A stretch of DNA of 64,000 nucleotides from Felis catus (lineage: Eukaryota). Location of the stretch: assembly GCF_018350175.1 (NCBI RefSeq), contig NC_058369.1:3908001-3972000 (forward strand), given 5' to 3'. The position numbers and the translations under genes are program-made. A model generated the notes under the pieces. It made no database searches and was not told the DNA's origin. It saw nothing but the letters and a program-made list of their open reading frames with translations. This document shows, one piece after another, positions 12,601 through 24,460 of this stretch (the first letter of the stretch is position 1; the number at the start of each line of letters is the position of its first letter).

Positions 12601-14899
12601 AAACACATGACCGTGTCCTTCCCTGGCTGCTGTGTGATCTGAGGAAAGCAGATGATCCTCTCTGGGCCCAGCACAGGCTTCCGGGCTGCCTCTGGGGGCT
12701 CCGAGGCCTAGATACCAGGGCGTGGGTAGATACCCATTCTGGCCGGTCACCAGGGTGCGGGTCACGAGATCCCGGAGCCGGCCTCGTGTACCCACGCGGA
12801 GCAGGGAGCATAAAGGGGCAATTATGACCCAGGCCTGGGCAGCAAACAGGCTCCGTGCCACATGCACGAGGCTGTCCCCTGAGGCTTGAGGACACCCCAG
12901 TGCCTCTCCCTGCCCCCTCCTCAGGGTCCGCCCTGGCCTGGGAGGGGCTCACGGGCACAAGCCACCCGCCAGGGGATTTCCACGGCCCGTGGCCCACGGC
13001 CAGGGGCAGCAGGTAAGGCTGCAAACCAGGGAAGAGTCCCCAGCTCCGCACAACCTCCCCCGCCCCCCCACCCCCTCCCTCCTGCACCCGCAGACTTTCC
13101 TCCTGCCCAGAATCCCTCTTCTGAGGCCTCAGAGACCCTCGAGGGTAGGACCTGGGGTTCCAGGCTTCCTGGATCCCTGTGTCACCAAAGCGTTAAGGAG
13201 GGTCCAAACACCTCTGTAGTCACTGGTGGCCTCAAAGCGGGTCCAGCCAAGCCCCTCTCCCCCTTGGGGCCTCAATGTCCCCCACCTCACCCAGGAAGAG
13301 GCCTCAGGGTGGGGCCGAGGAGGGCCCGCCCTGCCACCTTCCGAGAATGGGCTGAGACCAGCCAAGGGAGCCGCCTTTAATTAACCATCAAAACGCACTG
13401 GGTGCTGTGTCCCCAGGGGTCCCCCGCAGTCAGGAGTGGACAGGAGGGGCGGATAGGGAGCCAAGCCCAGCCCCACAGGGAGGAATGGGTAATGCCAGCT
13501 GGGTGTCCCCAGTGTGTGCTGAGCCCTCTGACATGCTACCTTCTGTTTGACAGATGAGGAAGTGAGCTCAGAGAGGGGCGGCTGTAAGGTGAGGGGCACA
13601 CAGCACGGAGGCCGCCCGGCTGGGCGAAGATCGCAGGCCAGAGGCCAGCTCTCGGTCGACCTCCGAGGTGCCCCGGCTGCCAACTCCACCCTTAAAGGTG
13701 TGATGCTGGGCCCACCCTGCTGCCCCTTCCCACAGACTACCACAGCCCCCAAGAGGCACTGGTCCGCCTCAGGCCTCTGGGCCTTTCGCAACACGGGCAC
13801 CCTGACCCGGTACACCCTCCCCAAGCTGGCCCACCCGTGGACTCACCCTCCAGGGCACAGCCACGGATGTCCCCACCCCAGACTGAATCTTGACCCCTCC
13901 GGACTCCTCCCCCTATCCCAGGACCCTTCCTTAGCCCAGCCCTGACCCACCGTCCTGGGGCTGGGAGTGGCCGTGTCTGACTCTGTCCCTCCTCTGCTCT
14001 CAAACATTCCATGGCTCCCATCGATGTCCATTAAAATCCCGACTCCTATCCTCAGCCTTCAGAACTGCTGACCCCATCATGTTGCATGCCCAGCGCCTTG
14101 CTGGGCCAGGCTGGTGCCCCTAGCCACTGCCCTCTGGCTCACACAGGGGTAGGAGCACCTCCCAATCCTACTACCCAACACACCCTTCCTAATCCCCATC
14201 AAACTCCAGCGTTCACACCCATCCTCAGGTCTCAACTGAGCTGCCGCCCCCTCCAGGAAGCCCTCCTGGGTGTCCCAGCCTGGATCAAGGGCCCCCTCGG
14301 GGCTACCCCCACACCATGTGTGTCCCCCATCACAGGTCTGTCATCCTCCAAGATGGCAGCCCCGTCTGCACCCTGGGAACGTGCCCGGCCACTTGGCACT
14401 TTACCCACATCATCCCTGTGATCACGTCCATTTCAGAGGGGGAAACCGAGGCCAGAGGGAGACATCACAGGAAGAAGAGGCTGACAAGGACACGGCCTCC
14501 AGCTGTAACTTACTCGCGTCTGCTCTGAGGGTTTGCTGCACACTTAGGGGTGGAGAGGAGGTTCGGGACAGGGCGGGCAGGACTTGGGTGGCTGGGACCC
14601 CTAGCCCCAAAGTCACACAGCAAGACCCTCTGGGTGGCCCACGGCTCCGAGAAGGAATCCTGGGAAGCAGGACGCTGGAGGCAACAAAAGGGGGTGCTGA
14701 GATATGGGGCTGGTGGGCAATGATGGGGGACAGAGGCAGGAAGTGGAAAAGTGGGAGCTGACCCCCCCCAGTTCATTAAAGCCCCCAACAAGGTACAGCA
14801 TTAACCTGAGATCTACAGACCCGAGGGGGTAGAGGGACAAGAGAGGAAAACTTTGTGAGTTTTTTGGGGGGACCCCAGTCCCGTTCCCAGCGGAGGGAT

Positions 14900-16300
14900 G
14901 CAGAACCCCGATCAGGGCGCCCCTGGGCTGGCAGAAGGCCGCCCGGACCCTGGCTCCGCCCCCAGGAGGGTGGGGGAGGAGGTCGGGCTGGGGGCCAGGC
15001 GGGGGAGGGGACCCCGCGGAGCATAACGGTCCGGAGTTTTCCTAAGTCCCAGCGACTGGCCTGAATTGGGGGCGGGGGGAGGGGCGCCAGGCAGCAGGGG
15101 GCTGAGCTGTCCCTGGAGGGTGGCTGGACCGGCCCGAGCAGAGCGAAGGTGGGGGAGAACGCGGGGGTCCCCCCCCCCATCCCGGGAGCCTGGAGGGGAG
15201 GCGAGGTGGGGGACAAAGCCCAGCGCAGCCCGGGCCTCGAGACGGAAGGGGATCCGGGCGCACTCACCCCGCGGATCTCGGCGCGGAGATCGGGGCCCGG
15301 GCCCCCTCGGCTGGGCCCGCTGCCGCCCGTCCCTCGGTCAGCCCGGAGCGCGGCGCGCAGCTAGGACTCGGGAGAGGCCAAGGCCCCGCGAGCTCGGGCC
15401 CGGGGGCGGGCCCGGGGGCGGGGGCTGCAGGCGGGGCGGCCAGGGGGCGGGCCCAGGGAGGGGGCTCCGGAGCAGGGCGGGGCCCTGGCCGGAAGTGGGG
15501 CGGGGGGACTAGTGGGGAGCACCATCAGGGGGCGGGGGACAGCAGGAGGAGGCCTCCGAGGGGGTAACCAAGCTCCCCCAACATGCACACGCACGAAGCG
15601 GTGCCCCAAGGGGCACAGCCCGAGATACCCCCCGCTTCGTAAGCCTGATCCCAGAGGGAGCCCCCCCACCCCCACCCCGCCCCCCCTTCTCTGGCAGGCG
15701 CTGATCGTGGCCATGGCAACGGATGAAGGGGCTGGATGCGGGACGCGGCGGCAGAGGGCTCCCCAAACACAGCCAAACACAGGAGGTCGGGGAAGGGGCA
15801 GAAAGATGCCCTCCCAGTCTGGGCTGGAAGACAGAGGCCACGCCCCCTGCACTCCGAGCCCCACCCCCCACCGAGGGTGGGGGAGGGGCGCGGGCAGAAA
15901 GCAGCTCCCCCCGCCCTCCCCTGCTGGGGTCCGCTAGGATGAGCGGGGGACACCAAGGCAGAGGCCCCCACGCCAGCCACAGCCCTGAGGAGGGGGCGGA
16001 GAGTGCGCACAGGGCCAGATTGGAAACAGATGGGGCCACCGAGCCAGGTCCCAGACACCCCGGGGGGGCGGGGGGGGGCCGAGGGGAGGGGAGGGGGGGC
16101 GGGAGGAGGAGGGGCAGCCCCACGCGGGCAGCCAATCCGGGCCTGCGCTGCCGCCCCGTGCGGGTTTGAAAACTCCATCCGAGGGGCAGGGCATACAGAG
16201 GTCCTGCGGGCCCAGGGCGCTCGGGGGAAGCGGTCAAGGAGGGCCGGGGACCCTGGCGGAGACCCAGGAGCCACCGCAGGGGGCCGGCTTCCCCATCTGC
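14900..16300. promoter_or_regulatory. Intronic CpG island, candidate alternative PTPRS promoter
   Basis: CpG-dense with multiple GGGCGG boxes. ETS CCGGAAGTG 15489-15497, RFX-like GTGGCCATGGCAAC 15707-15720, CCAAT 16132-16136. Minus-strand donor GGG|gtgagt at 15267. Confidence 0.7.
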
Positions 16301-19300
16301 TCCGATCCCTGGTGAAAATGCTTCCCGTTCCTTTAGGAATATGTATTGATTGGGCTCTTAGTGTATACCGTGCGCACACGTACGCGCTCCCGTCACCCCC
16401 ACCATCACCCCGCTTTGCAAACGGGGAAGAGGGAGAAGTTACTTGCTCGCGGTCGGGAGGAACAGGGAGTCGAACCAAGGTTAGGGTCCAGAGGCTGAGC
16501 CCTTACCCACAATGCTGCAGGAGGCCTGGAGCCCAAAAAAAACAAATCGCTAAAATGTTAAGCCCCCTGTAGAAGCTCACTGCCCACTGGCGAGAAGGAG
16601 GCTAGCAGCCCAGGGGAGACCCCGATCAAGTTCAGGGACAACCCCCTCCCCTGGTGGCCTTTCCACGCCCAGCTGTGGCTGCCTCGGCCAGGGGTCCACC
16701 CCCCCACGGCTCCCCGGCATTGCTGCTGGGTGATCTGCCCGTTTGGCGCTCCGTGCCTCAGTTCCTCGCTCTGCGAAATGGAACATTTAACCCCACCTCC
16801 TCTGGCACTGGGGAGGCCCGTACTGGAGTCCCCAAAGTACCGAGCACACAGTAGGCGCTCTGCGAAGTGTGCGGCCGCAGACTGTTCACCTGCCCCCTTA
16901 GGTCCTACTAAGCTGACTCTTTGACATCTTCTCTCCCCCAGAGCCCGGACTCTGGGAGGCACACAGTAGGTGCTTTAAGAGGTGGGCCATCTGGCACCCC
17001 AGCATCACGTGGGGCATCCAGGAGGCGCTCTGTGTCAACACGGGTGTGGAGTCCCCCCAGTTCAGCAGGGCACACAGTGGGCCCTCAGGAAATGCAACCG
17101 GGAGCACAGTAGGTGCTCTGTCCAGGCACAGGGCTCATGCAGACCTCGGTTTGAATCCAGGGACTCCCCACGCGATCTCCAGTAAGAACCCGTACCTCGG
17201 GCCTCGGTTTCCCCATCTGTAACATAAGCCAGCTGTCAGGACGCCCAAGGCTGTGTGACCCGGGGCAAACATGCCGGAGGACCCGCCACCCTCCTCCCCA
17301 ACTGGCCCTGCCCCGCCTGGGCCTCCTGCCCACGTCCCCCCGGAGATGACCTCTTGCCTCCCTGCGATGGTGGTGACCGCAGCAGGCTGGGAACACAGCC
17401 ACCCCCCTGGTCAGGGTGGGGGGATCTGGGGCAGGAGTGAGGCCTGTATCTGGCCTCTCCCAGCGGAGGGGCCCATATCTGCACGGTGCCCTATTCGCCC
17501 CTCATCGTGGCTCTGATCACCCCCTCTGTTAACTGCCTGGTACGGGTCCACCTCTCCGGCCAGACTGGGGCCTCAGAGGGCAGCGCTGGGGCTGCCTCTG
17601 CCTTGATCAGAGCACATGCCCAGCACGGGGCCTGATGGCACACAGTAGGTGCTCAGCAAACATTTGCGTAAACAGTCAGGACCCTCCTGGCCCAGGAGAG
17701 GCCTCTCCAACCTTACTCTCCCCCCCAGAGGCCGCACTCTATGGTGTCTTCGTGATGGATCCGTTTTCCCCCACGTTCTTTTTTGACACAAACATTTCTG
17801 AACACCAGGCCCAGGTGAGGCCCTGGGGACACGGCAGTGGCGAAGACTGACAAAGATCCCTGCCCTTAAGGAGCCGACACTCCAGGGCAGGCAACAGATG
17901 GGAAACAGAAGAGGTAACAACCACTGTGGGTCAGCTGGTGGTAAGTCCTACAAAGATTTACAAAAAAAAAAAAAAAAGTGTGAGGGGATATTCCCGGCGG
18001 TGGGGTGTAGTATTAAAGAGGGGGCGTGGGGGGTAAGGTGGTGACATCTGAGCCAAGACCTGAAAGAGCTGAGAGAATATGAAGGAGACGTGGATGTTGG
18101 GGAGGAGCACTCCAGGCTGGGGGCGCAGCCGGTGCAAAGGCCCTGAGGCAGGACCTGGCTGGCATGGGGGAGGGGGAGTGAGGAGGTCCGTGTACTGAAG
18201 CAGTGAGCGAGGGGGAGGGGGGGAGGGCTGAGAGAGGACGGGGAAGGTCATGCAGGGCCTTCGGGGAGACAGGAAGGACTTGGGTTTTTGCCCCAGGGGA
18301 GGCGTGAGCCCTGGAGGGATGTAGGCAGAGGGCAGGGGCGGACTGAGGTGCTCACAGGCGCCCTCTGGTGGCTGCTGCGGGGAGGACAGACTGGAGGTGG
18401 GGGCCAGGGCCGAGGGGACCTCCGGGGCTCAGACCAGCGATAAGGGGGCTGAACCAGGTGGAAACAGAGAGTCGGGGAGGGGGGGAACATTCTGGACAGA
18501 CCGTGAAGGTAGGGCCGGCCGGTTTTTCCCAAGGGCTGATTCAAGCCCCTGGAAGGCTAGGACAGCCAGCTCCGGGCAGACCCTCCCGGCCGCGTGGCCC
18601 GGCCGGTGCCCTTGAGGGCCGACCCTGGGAGCCCCCTGAACACGCAGTTGTTGCCGTGTCCTCTGAATCCACCCAGAAGGCAGCTGCCCTTGGGGAGGAG
18701 CGCGGGGCTCGATCACGTCAGCTCCCGCAGCTGGGACATTTGGGGGTAATTTTTTTCAAAATAACTTTCCTTCTAATTATAAAATAGGCGCGTGCAGCAG
18801 AAAATTAGGGAAAATCAGCATAAAGAAGAAAATAAGACTGGCTCACAACCCACCCCTCGCCCGGAGAGACACCGCCAGCACGTGGTCGTGTTCATTCATT
18901 CTGTCCACAAACCAGTTATTGGGCCCCTACTGTGTGCTGGGCTGAAGACCCCCCGGGCAGAGCCAGCTCCCCCGCCCCCCACCCCCCCACCCCCAGGGGG
19001 CAGGGACGGGACACCCACAGAGCCACGAACATTGTCCATAACATCATGCCGGGCGGTTACGCAAGAGGCCAAAAAGGGAACAGGATTCACCGCGTGGCCC
19101 TGAAAGCCGGGGGAGGTCTGCAGGGGCCTCTGGGGCGGGCCGGGATGAAGTAAGCCAATCAGACATACAAACACCTATGGGAACGGAGTTTCCGGCAGGA
19201 GGAACAGCAAGTGCAAAGGTCCTGAGGTTGATTGCCTCCTTCCAGTCTCCTCCGGGTGCAAATGGGCACTCTTCCTTTCCGAGCGGGGATCAGTATTACG

Positions 19301-20454
19301 TGGCCAGTTGCCCCCAGAGTTGAATTGGTCCCCGCTTGATCTCCATTAGAAGCGACGTTGAGAGACAGGGACCTCCACAGATGAGGCTGCGCCTCGTCAT
19401 TTCCCGCAGATAACTTCCCCCGGCAAGGGACGACTCCGCCGGGAGACCCTCAAAGCCTTTGAAATGCGTCCTGATAGGGCTGTGGGCAAAACTGCACCCT
19501 GGGCACGTGTGGGCAGGACCCCCAGCCCTCCCCTGCCCCGCCCCAACCGTCCCACGTTCCTCACATTTGCGGCCAAGGTCCCTGAAAGTTTCATCGAGGG
19601 GCAGTCACCAAACTCCACGTCCTTCGCCTCCTGAGAAGAGACACTGGTTGGGCAGCTTTCTCTGTTCTCCTCTCCACCAGCTTGCCCCACGGCCCCTCCC
19701 ACCCAGCATGGCACTCATGACCCGGGGCCCTGAGTGTGGACAGGCCAGAAGCCCACCTCGCCCACGCTCACATCAGGCTCCTGGTGCCGTGTCTGCCTGC
19801 CGGCCACACGGCAGGGGGACTGCCCACCACAGGCGCGCCCTGGCTCCCCGGCTGCCTTTCTCACCTGCTGGTTCCCCCGGGCCCCCCGCTTTCCTTTCCC
19901 TTTGGACAGATCCAGCACGCTCGCCTTCAGGTGTGGCTGGATCCAGCAACTCTGCTCCCTTTCTCAGCCGACGGCAGCCCCATCCTTTCAAGTTTCCCTC
20001 CTAAATGTCTTGGGACTTCGTCCATCTTTCTCCATGCAGCCTTCCCGCCCTGCCTGGCTGGACCGGTGCGGTCACCCGGATCCCCCAGCTCCCACCCTCA
20101 TTGCCCGAAGCAGCTACCACAGGGCGCCCGTGAGCACCTGAGTCAGGTCCGGCCCTCCTGGGTGCACCAGCCCTCTGGCTGCTCCTCCAACCCACCGGGC
20201 CCAGCCCTGCCCCAGGGCCTTTGCACATGTTGTCTATGCCACCTGGAACATCTTCCCCGGACTTTCACGGCCGTTTCTTCCTCACCGTTCGGGTCTCCCT
20301 CAAACGTCACCTCCTCAGAGACGCCCTGACTAATCGCTGCAGCTGAGGCAGCCACCCTGTCACCGTTATCATACACCCTTCTAAATTTTTGTTTGTTTGT
20401 TTCTTCTTTCCACAACTTATTTTCATCCGAAAGAATCACCTGTTTACTATCGAG

Positions 20455-20610
20455 ATCTCCGCTGTCCCACGTGGCTCGTTACGTGAAAAGTGGATAAAAC
20501 TGAGCAAAATTTAAAATTCAGTTCACACTGGCCACGTCGCCAGCATGGCTGGGGGGGGGGGGACGGGGGTCAGATGCAGCACATTTCTAGAGTCACAGAA
20601 AGTTCTGGGG
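20455..20610. mobile_element. MER3/MER33-like DNA transposon remnant
   Basis: cgctgtcc...aatttaaaattcagttc...catttc...cacagaaagttct. Confidence 0.45.
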
Positions 20611-23369
20611 GCCCCCGCAGGAGACTGAAGTCGGGGAGGCGGGAAGGGTGGGGGGTGGGGCTGTGTCGGTTCTGCTCACGGCTGCGTCCCAGGGCCTGGC
20701 ACACAGCAGGTGCTCCGTAAATGCTTTCTAAGTGACCGACTGAACACACGAATGAATGGCTTAAGCGACTCCGGGAAGCCCGGAGGGGCTGCTTTGCGAG
20801 ACGGGGCAGAGGCCGGAAGCCTCCATCTGGGGCCATAAGCGGCGGTCTGACCCTGGGTCTCTACCTGGCTTGCGAACCAGCCGCCACATAAAGGACCGCT
20901 CCAGCCCCGAGGGCAGAAATGCGCCCCCTGCTGCCCGAGCCATAGCCAGCCTCCACTCTGCAGCTGACTCAGCTCCCCATGCCAGGCCCGGTCCTGCCTG
21001 GCACCCCATCTCCCACCTGAAACCAGCCGCAGTTGGCTTCTTGGATCTGGCTGTGTCCTCTCTGCACTCGCCAGGTCCCCAGTGAGGACGTGCCTGGTGT
21101 CCCCCCCCCCCAAACCCTCCCCTCCTTCTGCCACATCCCCCAATCCCTCATTAAATCTCTCATTCAACTGGCTCATGCCTCTCCCTTAAACTAATTTACT
21201 TTAGGCACTCGGTAATGCCGGGCGCTAACTGCCAAGCCTTGAAAGTCGCCAGAAAAAAATTGTTACAATGAAAATATGTACCCAGTTCTCCCATTTTCCT
21301 TGGATACTGTTGCTAAAGCCAGCAGCCGGCACGGTTATAAAGAGACTGGCAGGTGTTGGTGTTAAAGATCACTCTGCACCCGACTGAGCCTTTCTCCTTG
21401 AACTGTTGCGAAATGAAAGGGGAGTCACTGCTGGTCTGTGCAGCTCCGCGAGGCCGGATGCCTCCTCCATCACAGACCGCCCCCAAACAGCCCCATCCTG
21501 TGGCTGTGTCCCCCCCCCCCCCCCCCGCCTTGCCCTGTCCCCACAGGGCTCTGTGGTCTTGAACAAGTCCTCCCCGGCCTCTGGGCCTCAGCTTTCCCAC
21601 CTGTGCAGAGGACTGGCTGTTCTGATGCCTGGGGCTGATTTTTGTGGGTTCGGGGGCCTTTAAAGATCACAGAAACTGAGGCACAGCCCAGAGAGGTGTC
21701 TGGGGCCAAGGTGGGTGCAGCCCTCGAATGATCTCCCTTGGGAAGGTGGGACCCAGTCTCGGTCACTGCTACACCAGGTGCGATCCTGAGTCCGGGGATC
21801 ACGGCAGACGACCTGCGAGGGTTCTCTTCCAGGGAGGGACCGGGACAAAAGACAGCCATGCAAAGACGGGAGTAAAGAGGAAGTTCCGGGCAGAGGGAGG
21901 TTACGGACATGTGCAAAGGCCCTGAGGTGGAAGCCGGTACACGGAGCTCTAGGGACTGAAGGGACTGGTACAGCGGGGAGACAGGATGATCGCGATACGG
22001 GGTGGGGCATGTCCTTTGAAGAATGAACACATCTGAGGGATGCACCATCAGCACACTCCCGTGACAACTCTCCTTTTGCACACGCACCTGCATTTATAGA
22101 GCACCTCCTGTATACCCCTGTGCCAGGCTGAGCACAGGATGACCCAGGCGGCCCCTGCCCGACCTCAGGGAGTTCACCTATGAAGGAGGCAGGCTTCCAG
22201 GAGGCGGTGACATGCTCGCTAAGCACTTAGGATGTGCCGAGCACTCGGAACCGAGCCGGGCACACAGCAGATTGTCACCGAGCGCGCTGGCTGTTACTCC
22301 TGGGCTGGGTGTGCAAGAGGCAGCTCGCTGAACCCCCTCAGAGCCTGCTACTGTGACCCTCCCACTCTCCAGGTGGGGAAACTGAGGCACGGGACTGGGG
22401 CCCAGCAATGACTGGCGGAGCTGGGACTTGAACCCCAGCTGCTTCCCAACTTCCCCCACGACTTCTCCGTGCCTCAGTTTCCCCTCCCCGGCCTTGCTCT
22501 CCTGCCGCACCTCTCCAGTCACAGGGCCCCGGAATCCACAGCCTCTCTAACGGAGCCCATCTGGGGCTAAGCCGTCTACACTTGGGCAGGGGCTGGCTGC
22601 CACTCGGAGGCGTAAGGACAGACCACTGGCTCCCAACGTGGTATCTTTATTATTAGTCGTTAATCATCGCCCAGCGGCTGCCTCGGGCAGGCGGTGCTCC
22701 CTGGGAGCAGGGATGGGAGGGCGCACAGGCGCGCAGAAGGTCACCGGCTTGGGCTCAGCGAGTGTCTGGGGAGGTCTAACCACCAGGCCTTTTGCACCCT
22801 CTGTCCATCCGCCAGGAATGCTCTTCTCCTGAACCCTCTCTGGCTCCCTCTCCCTCGCCACCTCCGTTCAAGCAAGGCATTCCCAGACCCTTGACTTAAA
22901 ATTCTGCACTCCCCATCCCCTTTCCCTGAATTTTCTCTTTCCTAGAGCAATACACCAGCCCCTGACATCTGACGCGGGGTGTTTTTTTTTTTTCTCCTTC
23001 TTCTGTGCTTTGTTTATTCTCCCTCCCCAACTGGAGGGCTAGCTCGCAAGAGGGCAGGAAATTTGCTTTTTTTTTTTAAAAATTCTTCCTGCCTGGAACA
23101 CAGAGCAGCTGGCACACGGCAGACACATTTGTGGAAGGGAGGAAGGGAGAGTCCCTCTTCTCTGCCCCCAGAAGCCACCTCTGCTGCTGCTCGGTGCCGA
23201 TCTCTGCGTATCTTTGCCACGAGGTCACGGAGCAGAGGTAACTCGAGAACCCAGTGAAACTGTATTATGTATCCTGTTTGTATCATTTCCCTGCCAGGCG
23301 CTCTTTCAAGTGACACGGTATCTATGGAGCCCACGCATCATCCCCAGACCCTCTGCTCACCTGCTGTGC

Positions 23370-23506
23370 AATCCCCCCCCTCACAGGGCTGCGCCCCTGT
23401 ATCCCCGTCCCCTGCTGAATCCCCCCCCCACAGGGCTGCGCCCCTGTATCCCCGTCCCCTGCTGAATCCCCCCCCTCACAGGGCTGCGCCCCTGTATCCC
23501 CTGCTG
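23370..23506. repeat. Minisatellite, ~48-bp unit x3
   Basis: aat(c)n(t)cacagggctgcgcccctgtatccccgtcccctgctg at 23370, 23418 and 23465; the last copy lacks about 6 bp. Confidence 0.95.
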
Positions 23507-24274
23507 ATGGACCCTCAGGCTGCCTCCATTTTTCTCTCGACCTCACCCAATGCCGTGGTCAATGCCATTCAAGAATCAATCAGTTGTCAATGCCTCCCAG
23601 GCCCCGCAGGGGACCTCCTTCTTGGCGCCCAGGGGGTCGGGGTGGGAAGGGGGCCGCGCGCTCCCTTTGGGCCTGCTTCCACCGCCTCTGGGAACTTATC
23701 TGACGGACACATCACAACAAAAGACTTAACAGCAACCCGAGTCCGCCAGCGGGGGGACAGGGCAAGGAAGCAAAGAGTGATGTACAAGTTTAGCATCTCT
23801 TCGCATCATGAGATTAGTATCACAGCTGTGAAAAGAAATGGGGAAGCCAGATGTACAATTATGAAATTACTTGTAAGATGCTATATTTTTAAGGGGGGGG
23901 GGGGAAGACACCACCAAGGTACAGAACGGCCCGTAAAAGATGCTACCATGTGGTTAAACACAGGGATACACATCTACCCGCCCACTAAGTGCTCACAGAT
24001 CTCTCTAGATAACCGTCCAAAATGGTAGCCATGCCCAGCAGCGGGTGGCTGTTGACGTTAAAATGGGATACAATGTATCGCTTCCCAGCCTTTTGGCGAA
24101 GATCAGGCGGAGAACGGAATACAAGGGGAAACTCAAGGCCTCAGGTAGGCTAGCCCCGTTTCAAACGCTCCCCTTTCAAGGGCACTGGCAGCCAGGGGCC
24201 GCCTTATTAGGGACGCAGGTACAGAGCGTTTCTATCAGCGCGCGGCTGACGCTGGACAGATCCAGGGAGCGCGG

Positions 24275-24460
24275 GGGCGGGGCAAACTTCAACCCACAGG
24301 CCAAACGTGGCCCTCCGGCTGTTTGTATAAATAAAGCTTTATTGGCACACAGCCACACCCATCCACTCCCCTGTTGAATCCGGCGGCCTTCGCAGAGACC
24401 TGCAACCTACAGAGCTCAGAAGCTTTACCCTCTGGACCTTTACAGGGAGTCTACTGACCC
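24275..24460 (+). mobile_element. hAT-Charlie DNA transposon remnant (MER58A-like)
   Basis: ggcaaact...ggccaaa...gtttgtataaataaagctttattggcacacagccacaccc...ctggacctttacag. Confidence 0.7.

Noticed and set aside
23370..23506. CRISPR-like array
   Set aside because: Head-to-tail repeats with no unique spacers, in eukaryotic DNA.
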